This document shows positions 35,826-48,058 of a DNA stretch of 64,000 nt, in pieces. The position numbers were made by a program, and so were the translations under genes. The stretch is from Guillardia theta CCMP2712 (Eukaryota > Protista > Cryptophyta), in the NCBI RefSeq assembly GCF_000315625.1, contig NW_005434661.1:298878-362877 (forward strand), in the 5' to 3' direction. Numbering within the stretch: the first letter of the stretch is position 1; every line of letters begins with the position of its first letter. The notes beneath the pieces were generated by a model that saw only the letters and a program-made list of their open reading frames with translations, was not told the DNA's origin and searched no databases.

Positions 35826-37709
35826 TTAGGCGCTGTTGGAGGAGGTCACTGGTTCTGTATCTTCCGATGTCTCCTCGCTGACAGAGCTGAGCACATGCGA
35901 GCTCGAGGAAGTGTCCTCCTCCTCCTCCTCCTCCTCCTCCTCCTCCTCCGCAAGACTTTCATCCCAGTCCTCCTGCTCCCTGTGTGGCAGCCATTCTGAG
36001 TCCGAGCTCTCCCTCTCGTTGAGCCTCCTCCGGCGCTGAGCCTGGCGAGCAGGACGCTGCCGTGCTGGCCTGCGTCTCCCTTGAGTCCTGGAGGGTCGGA
36101 GGGAGGTGGGAGGGCGACGGGAGCGAGTCTGAGGAGGGTTGGCCGCAGACCTCCGTGCTCGTCCTGTTTCAATCTCGTCCAGCTCCGTCAAGAGCTGCTG
36201 CCACTCTGACTCGTCCTGCGTTCCCCTGGTGGCGTTCGGCTGAGGCCTTGCGCTACGTCTTGTCCGGTACCGTGTTGGCGCTGTCACCTCAGCCTCCTCC
36301 TGATCGGGAATCCACTCCTGATCCTACCGAGCAAGTCAACCAGCCCAACTCTCGCTCTTCTCTCTCCCAAATCTTATCCCCCGCTCCTCCTCCCCTCTCC
36401 ATCCCTCTGCTCCATCGCTGAATTCACCTCGATGTCGTTGAAACCGTCGTCCACGACAAACCCTCCCAGAGAATTCCGTCTCCCTCTCCCGTAGTTCCTT
36501 CCCAGTCGCCTTGCAGATCTGAAGCTGAAGGTCAGGGAACATCGTTGCCAGCAGAGCATGTCACACCTCCTGATCGCTGCTTCGCTCATGCTTCTCGTCC
36601 TTCGACCGCCTCCCGTCTCCTCGTTGGAAGCCATCTCGCACTCCTGGCAGAACCAGGGGACTTGCTCGGGAGGAATCTTGAATCCAACGTCAGCAACAAC
36701 ACCGCAGTCGTCACGCTCCCTGACCGTATCTTGCGTGAGATTCGCACATCCCAGGCAGAATGCCTGGTCGCAGTCATCGCACATGATCAGCGTTCCTCCG
36801 GCTCCGCACAACTGACACCCTCCTTCCTCCAACCCCCTGTCCTCGTCCTCGACTCGCTACATACACGAGGGAGGTCACAACTCAGAGTCAAGGAACATCG
36901 AGGAAGAAGAATGTCGCAAACCTGCTTGCGCTTCTCTATCGTGACGCTACTGATCCGCTTCCACCTCGACCCCAGGATATGAAAGAAGGCGCCTCCTTGT
37001 TCCTCGGCGCTCAACCTGCCACCCTCCGTCACGATTACTTTGGTGGCGAACGCTCTCCGTACCCGGACCCCAACCGTCGTCCAGCTGTCGACTCCTCAGG
37101 CGCGATGATCAGCTTGTCGATGTTGGCGAACTCCTGCCATCTGGTCAAGCTGGGAAGTTCCTTCGGCTCGTCCCTGACCTGCTTGCAGAGGGGGCAGGAG
37201 TTCTCGCAGGTGGCGCCCCATTTGAAGATGCAGTCGAAGCAGAAGATGTGGCTGCTGTTGCAGTCTATCTTACCGATCACCTTGCTCTGCAGGCCCTCAC
37301 TGCAGACGACACAGTCTTCCTTCTCCCAGTTCATGGCTCCATTGTCGTCTTCATCAGGTTGGTGGGCGGTGGCTGGCTGTGCAGTCTTGACGGAAACTTC
37401 GGGTCGGGCGGGTACACCATCAGCGCTCGTTGCGTTTGCCGCGGCTGTCTTGGCTTGAAACCTCTTTCGAACTTCGAGCAGAGTCATGAGGACCTTGTTC
37501 TCTGCTCGCTCTGCCTGTTCACCCGGATCCTTCCCGTTTTTCTGCCCCTGCAGACTCTGCTTGACCGCCTGGCTGGGCGGTTGGCTCTGCTTCTTGACCT
37601 GAGCGCTCGAGCTGACCCTCTGTCGGATCGACGATTCAGTCATGGTCGTGATGGTCAGGAGGAGGACAGCCCCGAAGAGAGCAGGTTTCATGCTCCCCTT
37701 GTTGTGCAC
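35826..37709 (-). CDS. RING-finger + PHD-finger protein (PHRF1-like architecture) with N-terminal signal-peptide-like segment
   Basis: RING CVVC...C..HIFCFDCIFKW...NSCPLCK; PHD-like CQLCGAGGTLIMCDDCDQAFCLGC...PWFCQEC; N-terminus MKPALFGAVLLLTITTMTES. Confidence 0.85.
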
Positions 37710-38561
37710 ATGCTAGCTCCCGCTCGGACGCGTCATGCTTGAACTCTCGTCATCTCCCTCTGACCCATCCCCGCATCTTCCTGGTGTCGGACATGGCCCG
37801 GGGAGAGCTGTGATCCTGCAATACTCATGCTCAGTTTTCTGTTTGAGCCTCAAAATCAGGTCGATGCAAAGAGGAAGAGAATGTGGAAAGGAGAGATGGA
37901 TGGATGGATGGATGGATGGATGGATGGATGGATGGAGGGAGGGAGGGAGGGAGGGAGGGAGGGAGGGGAGGGAAGGAGGGGAAGAGGGAAGGAGATGGGG
38001 AAGGTGGGGGGGGGAGGGCATGGAAAACTACGGAGGGAGCGAAACAAGGACGCAGGGAGGGACGGAGGTAGGGAGGGAGGGATCTTCCTGTCTTCCTTCT
38101 TGTCTCTCGTCCTGCCTGCATTTCTACCTCATCTCTTCCCATCTCTTCTACCTCTCCGCTCGTTCCCCTCGCCCTCGTCGCCTCCAGCCATTCCCCCGCG
38201 CAATCCGCCCGTGCCATCTCCCTACATCGAATTTAATGAGTCGTTTCAATTGTTACGCACCCGGGCGGCGCCCGGCCCGGGCCCGACCGCCCGGCCCGGG
38301 GCGGCCAGCTGGCCGGGTGCCAGCGCGGGCGCGTGACTGACAATTGAGCAGGTCGGGTGGGTACACCCTGGGGTACACCATCAGGTCTTGACCTGCCTCG
38401 CCAATCACGGCGGCGAGGGGCCAGGCCGCCCATTGACGGTCCTAGCAAAGAAGTCTTTGTGGACTTTGACTCAGTCACTGAGGCGGCGAGCCGCACAGGG
38501 CCGACTCGGAAGTTCAGTGTCCTCGTACTCTACACGTTTAATATCGAGCATCTCGCTAGGG

Positions 38562-38738
38562 TCAGCTCACTGGAGTGACGGAGGTGGAGTCAACCTTGTC
38601 CATGATCTTCCGGACCTGCGGGGCCTTCAGTTCATCCTCCACCGTAAACTTCGCCTGCGTCCTCGCTCACTTGATGAAGAAGATCTGACGCCCTTCGCTC
38701 TCCGTCCTCGTCCCCTTGCCGCTCGTACCTGCAACGAA

Positions 38739-38834
<96 letters not shown>

Positions 38835-40460
38835 GAACAAGGACAAGGACAAGGACAAGGACAAGGACAAGGACAAGGACAAGGACAAGGACAAGAGCGA
38901 GCAAGAGCATCATCGTAGCGCGAGGCCTTCATCATTACAGAGCTCTCGCTCGCTCTAATGCGTCAATCGAGGCGGCCTGATCCCCCAGCAGCATCTTGAC
39001 AGTCCCTGTCGCAATCAAGGCCTCTGCCAAGCAATCTTCCTGCTCCATCCAGGTCAGAGGACGAGGCGCTCGCAGCAACACCACTACATTGTCGCTCTCC
39101 TCGCCCTCGAAGAAGCTCAGGGCTCCTTGCAGGTCGAGGTCGGTCATCTCCAACTCCGCAAACTCGAGCTCGCTCCCTCCCTCCGTATCGGCGAGATGCT
39201 TCTTCAAACGGAACTGACAGCACGCGCCCTCTCAGCCCTTCCGCCGGATCCAGCGGCATCGGTAGGGGCCTCACCTGCCCGAGCTCTAGCAGCGTCTTGT
39301 TCACTTCCAGCATGTTCCCAGCTGCCTGGAGCGCCTCCAGCATCTGGCCCGCCGCGTCTGGTGAACGGGGACGAGGATGGGGCACAGAGATCGCACCTGA
39401 TGGTAGAGCTCGCAGCACCTGTCGAACATCTTGGGGCGATCTCTGTGGAGTCGCAGGAGCAGCTTCAGGGTCTCAACCTCCTCCTGCATGTCCCCTGCAC
39501 CAGGAGTGACCACTTCTCCTCCATCCGACGGCTCAACCCACCGGCACTCTTGCAGAGCGCAACTGCCCTGAGCAGCGCCTCCTCCGCAGCATGAATCTCC
39601 CTCCTCATCAACAGCAGCATCCCGCGCGTTCGGATGCATCGGGCTGCCGCCACCTGACATGCTGTCAGCGACCTGCCTGCCTGTCAAGATCCGGGCAGCA
39701 CTTCATCTGAAAGCTTCTCCGAGATGCTCTGAGCCTCGTCCAGCTCCGACATGGCCGCGGCGAAGCTCCCGCTGTCCATGTTGAGCTCCGCGCTCATCAG
39801 CAGCAGCTGCGATCTCATGACGAGGATGTCCAGAGCGCTCTCAAGCGTCACGTCGGAGTCAAGGAGCGCTTCGATCTTGTAATACTCTTTCAGTTGGGCA
39901 CGGGGGATGGGGAAGGAGGAGGGGGGAGGGAGGAGGGAGGAGGGAGGAGGGAGGAGGGAGGAGGGAGGAGGAGGAAGCATGGGAGACCTTCTCTTGCGTG
40001 CCGTCGAGCTGGACGAGAAGTTGGTCCTTAGAGCCTCCGGGGAAGAACTCGAGGGACTGATCCAGCGCCTGGGACGCCTCAGCACACGCCTGCACTCCTC
40101 CTTCCACCCACTTACTTGCTTGATCAGCTTGGAAGCATCTTCCAGATTCCTGGAGGACCGCGCGTTCTCTGCGCTCTCTAGCAGCTCCGAGATCTTCTCC
40201 TGCCGCGACAGCCTTCATGCTCAAGTCAGGCGACTCAGCAGCTGCCCCCTCATGGTACGCGCCTGACCCCCTCGTCGATCTCCTGCAGGGCCTGGACGAG
40301 GCTGGAGAGCTCAAGGGACGACATCGCTGCCAACAGAAGTTTCATCAGCACAACGCCTCCTCCACAACACAGGCTTCCTCTTGCCCGTTGCCTCTCCTGC
40401 TCCTGCTCCTCTCCTCCTGCTCCTCCTCTCCTCCTCTCCTCCTCTCCTCCTCCCTCCCAT
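38562..40460 (-). CDS. Hypothetical alpha-helical/TPR-like protein (multi-exon)
   Basis: Spliced helical repeats, e.g. LAEALIATGTVKMLLGDQAASIDALERARALYERQGDEDGERRASDLL; start uncertain. Confidence 0.55.
38739..38894. repeat. Compound intronic microsatellite, (CAT)~32 followed by (ACAAGG)n
   Basis: Directly visible; lies inside a GT-AG intron (~38730-38937) of the minus-strand gene. Confidence 0.95.
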
Positions 40461-40594
40461 CGTTGTCCTTCCCCTGACTGTCGTTGGAACTCCCGCCATA
40501 TTCATTACCCCACCCTCTCCTAGCCCCTGACGGACCCCTACATCCGAATATGCCCCCTTGTTGAAACCGCCCGATCGCGCTCTTGCGAATCGCA

Positions 40595-42253
40595 ATGCGG
40601 CGCAGGACGGGCGGAGGACGGGACGGGAAGGAAGACGAGAAGGGAGGAGATGGAGATGGAGACACGAGACAAGCTTCATATCGCACGAGAACGAACTCGT
40701 TCAAGGCCACCAGTCTCCTCCTCTTCCAACTCGCTTTCGTCCCTCTCGTCGTCTTCTTGTTTCTTGAAGCCAACATCAAAGTTGTGCTCTTTGGGAAGCT
40801 CAGGCTGTAATGCTTCATGATATCCCTTCTTACCTCTTCCTTCTCCTTGTATCTCTCTCACACATCCTGCTGTCTACAGCTCGCACTCTATCTCCCTCTC
40901 TCCTACCCCCTTCTCACTCTAATCCTTGCCGTTCTCCTCCGCCACCTACTTCCCCTTGTCCTGTCCCGCCCCAACCCCTCTCCTTCATCGCCCTGACTCT
41001 GTCGTTCTACAGATACAACACTGTTGACTTCTGTGTCCTGACTTTCTTCTACTCGCACGTGCTGGAGTCGCTCTTGAGCATGGTGTTCGACCGAGCAGAC
41101 CGCGAGAGCACGTCATTTTTGAGCCCCTACCGCGCTGCTTCCACGCTTGTGCTCGTCTTCCAGGAATCCTCTTGCCTCTCCTTGCCTCTCTTCACCTCAT
41201 TTCGCCATCAGATGGGGCGCATCTTGCACTGCTCTGCGGACGCGATCCACAGTTACGCCACAGAAATCAAAGACTACAGCAAAGTGATGGGGCAGGAGAA
41301 GGAGCAGGGGCAGGGGCAGGGGCACGAGAAGGGGAATAGGGAGGAGGAAGGGCAGGGGCAGGGGCAGGGGCAGGGGCAGGGCAGGGGCAGGGGCAGGGGC
41401 ACGAGAAGGGGAATAGGGAGGAGGAAGGGCAGGGGCAGGGGCAGGGGGAGGAGGAAGGGCAGGGGCAGGGGCAGGGGGAGGAGGAAGGGGCAAGGGCAGG
41501 GGCAGGGGCAGGGGCAGGGGCAGGGGCAGGGGCAGGGGCAGGGGCAGGGGGAGGAGGAGAGCATGAACTTGAAGGTTGTTATGTTGACGTCATCGACAGG
41601 ACATGCCTCGAGATGTGTTAGACCTGATTCACTTCCTGGATGAGGACATGGGGTGCCTGGACTCCCCTTCATCCCTCCACCTGACAGCCTGACAGGCACT
41701 GGATCCTCTTCGCGTCGTACTTCTCGCTCCTCTCGCTCCTCACTGCCTACTATCCTACCGGGCATCATTCCAAGGAACGCGCCCCCTCGCCGTTGCTGCC
41801 TTTAGTGTCAGGGCTCGTCATGGGCGCAACGCATGCAGTGGCAGTGATTGAGAGCTCGCACTGGTACGAACCGGCTCCTCGAACCCCCTAGTTACGCTCT
41901 ACTCCAGGTGGTTCGGAGTGGTGGGGTGCTTCACCATGCTTGCGGGTTGCCTGCTGACGAGGTCTGTTCGTCTGCTCTGGGTGCAGTTTCCATGCTGAGA
42001 TCGGCGAGGAGCTTTTCGTGCAGAAACCCCTTCCTCCTCTTCTCTTCATCTGCATCACTGTCCCTCCTGGTTTGCCTCATACTGTAGGACTTGAGCTTGT
42101 GTTTCCCATCCCACTCTTTGAATGTTTGTGTGCAGATACAAGATCGCGGTTGGAAGTTTCCAAGAGCCCAGCGCATTGGGCGGAGTTTTACACGTCGCTA
42201 AAAAGATCTTAACCTGTGCGGCGGGGACTTGGAGCCTGACGTTGCATTGCTGA
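40595..42253 (+). CDS. Multi-pass membrane protein, CLN6-like
   Basis: Spliced: QMGRILHCSADAIHSY...DLIHFLDEDMGHWILFASYF...AVIESSHW, resembling the CLN6 motifs GASIHLVGDSVNH and YYYDEYLGH as recalled; several TM segments. Confidence 0.55.
41300..41550. repeat. Intronic (GGGGCA)n minisatellite with internal duplication
   Basis: Directly visible; CACGAGAAGGGGAATAGGGAGGAGG occurs twice. Confidence 0.9.
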
Positions 42254-42327
42254 GCTCCCGCCATTGGAGAATTTATGGGGGGGAAATTCGTTACACTCCT
42301 TTCAAGAACCCTCCGAAGCTTAATCAG

Positions 42328-44061
42328 TCAGCTAGCTCCATATCCTTCTTGTACGCACGGATCTTGGCCTAACGAACCAGATGTCAGGGTGCACGGAAGA
42401 CACGGAAGATTGCAGGGGACCTCGTAGACAGAGGAGATCATGCTGGGGATCTGGAACAAGAGGGTCAGATCCATCCAATCTCTCCTCTTTTCTCTACCTT
42501 GTAGAGGAAGCCATAAAGGAAAGTACACAGTGAGAAGATAGCGACCACGTAGCTGAGCGACCGGGTAAATACCCTCCCAAGGGGAGCAGGGGAAGACGAA
42601 CCTCAGAGCTAGTACACCTGAGTCGTTCGACCCCGGGGACAGCCCCAGGTTGACGTTGAAGATCAAGTAGGACGCCATGGGAACGCAGAAGCAGATCATG
42701 CCGACGAAGAGGAAAGCGCCTTGATACATTCTGTGTCAAACGAGCTGGGAACCGTAACATGCGAATCAGAACACCTGGAAGCTGGGTGTTCTTGCCCAAC
42801 ATATCGAAAAAAGTCTCTACCTCCTGCTCATCACTCATCTCATATACCTGCAGAGTAGTCCTCTCAATCATCGCGAGTCACAGTCAACAACAACATCGCA
42901 ACCATAATGATTTGCAGGACAGCAAAAATGGTCGAGAACATGAAGAAAAACGCCGACAAACCACTGTTCGACAAAGCTCAACGAAGGAAGCTGACAAGCG
43001 TGCACAACTCTTACGTAAAGCAATAGAACACAACCAGCGGCCTGCCATCCTATCAGTGTCCCCGGCAATCGAAGAAAGCACTCCTTACCTTCCTTCCATA
43101 TCCCAGCTTGTAGAACAGAAGCAGTCTTCTGTGTCTACTTTGCAATAGCAATCTGTTGCAGAACCAAAAAAGAGGTCCCATGCCTAAACAGAAACATGAC
43201 CTTGGTATCCTCCAATGGGACTGCAACTTACAATGCTCCACGTCAGTGTTGAAACCAGCGCGATCGACGTGTTAGCATGAACCAATTCTTCCTGGACAAT
43301 GACAAGTCACAGTCAGTCGGGCCCTGCAGATTCCAGGGATATCAGAACCTTGATCTCCAGACCGCCCTTCCCCTCGCTTGTGTCAGCCCAACTGAACGTG
43401 ACCATGTCGTAGATGCACATTAGGTAAGATGGTCTTGTCAATTCTCCAGAGTTCGGCTTTTTGCATCTTCTTTGGAGCTGATATCGCAAGATTGATGAGC
43501 AGACACAACTGAAAATAAGGAGAGAGGTCCACCTTCTCAATATGCTGCATCAACTCCGTCCTGTCTCCGAACTTCTTCACACCTATCTCTTCAAGCTTGT
43601 GGATGGTCATCTCGAAGAGCACAGGCCCGTCTATGACATGGTCGATGATGCAATCGGTCCACATTTTGAACTTTCCATGGTCAAGTGTGCTGACCCATGC
43701 AGCAACATGTCTCTCCGACCACCCTTCAACTTCCTGTCATGCTATCTCAAACTTGGTAGCTATCATTGGAACGCTTACCTTGTACGACGTGACCACCTGT
43801 CCTCCCTCAAACATGCTCAGGTATTTCTCGTAGTTAGAGTATGCGTCTCCATTTGCACTCTGTAGGAGCTTGTCAGAACCCATCACGCAGTGTTGTTCAT
43901 GCACACCTGCGAAGTGTGATAGTTCAACTCGGAGAGCTCTCGCGATACAGAGAAATGACTGTAGTTGTCATCATTGCCTGGAGAAACAAGCAGGCTGGTC
44001 AATCAAACGACTGACCACGTCAACCGTTCCCACCTATTTGCGCTCTTGAGTTTGACGCCAT
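42328..44061 (-). CDS. SAM-domain + four-transmembrane protein, paralogue A
   Basis: SAM: WSERHVAAWV...IDHVIDGPVLFEMTIHKLEEIGVKKFGDRTELMQHIEK. TM region: EELVHANTSIALVSTLTWSIAWDLFFG...FMFSTIFAVLQI...GAFLFVGMICFCVP... Confidence 0.85.
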
Positions 44062-45205
44062 GGATGAAGGACGATGCCCTGTCAGGCAGTCATTCACCCT
44101 TCTCAGATCGATGATCACTATTCATCTGTAGCACAGCATCGCGCTAGCATACCTACAAACAGGCTACCAACTATTCAGCAAGTCCTCCTTTCCTTCATTC
44201 TAGCCACTCAGCTGCAAGCTCACCGAATCTCGTTCCGCTCAATCTCTCGAGCCCGGTCTAATGTCTCTAAAGAGCTGGTTTGCCCACCAAATTTCACAAT
44301 CCTATCCTCGTTATCCTTGATCCATCCACTGTCCTCGCTGCACCGTCCTCTCTCTTGCTCCCTCTCTCTTGCTCCCTCCTCATCTGCTCCATTTCACCGC
44401 TCCTTGTCCTCTTCTCAGCCATCCTCCGCTGTTCGGATTACCACCCACCCCCTGCTCAAACACGAAAGTACCCACCCACATTGTATGGCAGCAAGTTGAG
44501 TACCCACCCCTTATAATCTCCATATCTACTCTCAGAGTACCCCGTATTTACCCGTTTCTAGACAGGGACATTGATTGGTGGGGTCATTTTCAAGGCCATG
44601 GACCGCGCCTGGGGGTGGGGTGGGGGTGGACATTAGTGAACCTTCAGGCACCCACTTTTCTGCTACCCCCAATTACGACTGGAAGTACCCCACCCCCAAG
44701 ATGGCCCCTACCCCATAGAATGTATCTTTAGAGCTGAATACCACCCTGCCCGATGGAGTACCCGGGGCACTTGCTGCCGGCAGTATGGGGTGGGGTACAA
44801 CCAATCAATACCCCCTTCCCCTACTGCAAACACCGGGTACTTCGATCGCAGAGGTACACTTCGCGCTCACCTAACCCTCAATTTTGACCACCCCACCCTA
44901 TCTGTTCATTCCCGACCCTTCGGAAGTACCCACCTCATGTCCTCAGGGACCACCCCCTCAGATCTCCCACCCCATTTGTACCAATTTTGCCATCCAGAGG
45001 TTACTAGTCACAATCGATTCATTCGGTTCAAACCACTTTTACTGGATTTTACCATGAAAAACCGATTTAGATCGGTCAAAGATGCAATTAAATCATGGGC
45101 ATCTGAAGGTTTTGAACCGATCAAATCGCAATCTCCTGATTTCAAGCGAATCAATCGACGCTTTTAGATCTGATTCGGATAAAACCGCTCGTACGCTTCT
45201 CGGAG

Positions 45206-47500
45206 ATGGCGGCAGCGGCGATCATCGCGCGACAGGCAAGTAGGAGGAAGGAGAGCGAGTTGTGAAGGGAAAGAGACATGACCGAGGAAGAAATGCTGCG
45301 GTCAGATCGAGACATGGCAGGCTGGACATCGGGCATGGGAAAAGGGATGGGATACAGCTGTGGTGGGGACGAGAGGTCATGGGGAGACGGCGTGAGAGTC
45401 AGACGAAGGAAAGAAGCAGAACATGCAGGCAGTGAGAGGAGACACGACTAGAAGGAGCAAGAGTCGGAGGGAGGAAGGGAGGAAGGGGATGAGGAAGGCT
45501 GACGTTGTCTCTCTTGTTGACAGCTGGCGGCAAGGGTGAGCAAGCCAGCCCTCAAGTCATTCAAGGGTAGTAAGAAGCATGGGCATGATGGGAGGAGCCT
45601 CAATGGAGAAAACCGCGAGTGGCAAACTGAACTCAAGTGCTTCGTGGACGGGAAACCTGTCCCTGAGAAGCTAGATGTCAAGTCCTGGGACGCCAAAGTC
45701 ACAGCGGCCTGGGTGGCGTCCTTGAATGACGGCGAGTTCGAGCAGTGGGCCGATCACTTCCTGTTTCACAGGATAGATGGGCCGCTCTTGCTGCAATTGT
45801 ACTTGATGGCAAGGCACTCCTCAAGTGATCTCTAACAGTCTTTCGCAGCAACGTCCACAGACTGGAAGAGATCGGGATCAAAAGCTTCGGCGATAGGATA
45901 AAGATTTCAGACCTGATAGCACAGGTGTACAAGTTGACAATCTCATGCAATTTAAGCTCTATTCATGCTGCAATGTAGCTCAAGCGAAGATATTCAAAGC
46001 CGCAAACCGCGATGTTGAGGCAGCCGTCGTGGCCGGAGTGTTTTTACCTGATGTTGACATTTCAGTGGGCCAACACAAGGTCTGACAAAGACTCGATGTT
46101 TGCGAAAAGCTCTGATGTCATTCTTCTTTCTGCTCTATCAGTGAGGGTAAGCATGGAGCTGAGATGAAGGTGACTGCACTGGTCGCGCTCTCTCTCTCTC
46201 ACCAGACATGACAGGAAGAGCTGATTCAAGCAAACGGCGCCATCGCTCTCGTTTCAACTCTGACCTGGAGCATGGTGCTACTTCTGTCCTTGTTGAGCTA
46301 CCTTTTTCACTTTCTTCTCCCCTCATCCCTCCGACTCGCTTTCCTCCCTTCACCTTTGCTTGTTCCATCTCCCCCTCTCCTCTGCTCTCTCTGCTTGCTT
46401 ACTTTCTGTTTGCTACTCCTCTCCTACCTTGCAGGCGTGGGACCTCTTCTTCGGCTCTGCAACGCAGTGTTATTGCTCCACCACTAAACCTGATCTGTGT
46501 TACTGTTCCACCAGCTGGGATCTTGGAGGGGGGTCAGTGCCCTGCTGTCTTGTCTTAATGCTGTGGTCTGACGGTTGATCCTCCCTCTTCTCAGGCCTCT
46601 CCTCATTTTCTACTGCTTTGCTGGATTGTCGGCATTCTTGTTCATGTTCTCGACCATCTATGCAGTCCTGCAGATCATGATGGTCAGTCCTGCAAGGACC
46701 TTTGCCTCTGCTCTGTGCTCAACTGTCCTCAAGGTCTACGAAATGTCTGATGACGAAGAGCTGGAGTGTTTCCTCGACCTCGTCCCCCAGGACTCGCTGC
46801 TTCCAGGTCCCTTGCAACCTCCTCCTCTCCCACTTGTCGCCTGCCACCTTCTCCCCCCCTAGATCGTTTCCTCTCCCTCTTCCTGCCTCACTCCCTCCTT
46901 CACCAATCCTTCTGCTCCTACCTCCCTCCTCCCTCCCCGCCAGCTCGAATCCGCCAAGGGTTCAGAGAAATGGTGTGACGGCGAGTCTATCCTGCAGGAA
47001 TTTTCCTCTTCGCAGGCATGCTCTGCTTCTCCGTCCCCGTCGGCGTCTACCTCATCTACAACGTCAACCTCGGCATCGTCCCTGGCCCACAAGGACCCGA
47101 GCGTCACACCCAGCTGGTGTTCAGGTGGCCAAGCTTCCCTCCCCTAGCTTGCTTCCCTGCCGCTCTCTGTCTCCGTCCTGTCCTCCAACTTCCTGTGCGA
47201 GCTCGATGCTCACTCACTCCCCTTGTGCAAGGGTCCTGCCTGCCGCATTCCCCTCTTCCCTCCTCCGTGCTACTCCCTCTCCTTCCTCTCGGATCATGCG
47301 TATGACGTCTCCTCGCAGCTATATCGCCGCCATTTTCTCAGCTGTCATCTCCTGCTACGGCTTCCTTTACAAGATCCCCTCCATGGTCTACGCGGTGTAT
47401 CAGGTGCGGCTTGCTCTGCTTCCTCCTCGCACGCTGACAGGAGCGCAAGGCCAAGATCATGGCAGTGGATGACGACAAGACCAACGAGTGGAGCGAGTGA
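45206..47500 (+). CDS. SAM-domain + four-transmembrane protein, paralogue B
   Basis: SAM: WDAKVTAAWV...LFHRIDGPLLLQ...RLEEIGIKSFGDRIKISDLIAQ. TM region: EELIQANGAIALVSTLTWSMAWDLFFG...FMFSTIYAVLQI...FAGMLCFSVP... Confidence 0.85.
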
Positions 47501-47546
47501 ACAAACTTCATTGTCAAGGGAAAAAAGACACCGAGTGCACTGACTA

Positions 47547-48004
47547 TCAAGTCTTCTGCTTCTTCGCGGCTGGCTCTTTTGCCTCCTCCCCCTCCCCCTC
47601 CTCATCTTCCCTCCCCTCCTGCTTCTCCTCACTCTCCATCTCCATCTCTTCCTCCTCCTTGGCGGAGTTCACGTTGGCAGCCTCCACCTTCACCTGAGGA
47701 GGAGCGCTCTTATTCACACGGATGCCCGTCAGAAGAAAGCCGCTGTGGCTGATGTCAGAGGACGATGGCACTGCCGCATGCCTGACCTGCCACCCGACAT
47801 CTGCATGAGAGGATGCGTCCTATTGGGAAGAACCTGAAGGAAGATCAGCCCATGCAGGGAAGGAGGAGAGGCAGGAGGAGAGGCAGGAGGAGAGGCAGGA
47901 GCGGAACACGACCTGATATTCTCTCATCCACGTTTCCGTGATGTGCAAATTCAACGCGAACTCATTCTGCGAGAAGAAGGACATATAGACATTAGAACGC
48001 AAGG

Positions 48005-48058
<54 letters not shown>

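Noticed and set aside
38388-38958. Poly-His, poly-Met, poly-Ile and poly-Asp ORFs
   Set aside because: These are translations of an intronic (CAT)n/(ACAAGG)n microsatellite.
44440-44990. Motif-plus-unique-spacer pattern as a CRISPR-like array
   Set aside because: Motifs are only ~8-12 bp, degenerate, in both orientations and irregularly spaced; no cas genes; eukaryotic context.
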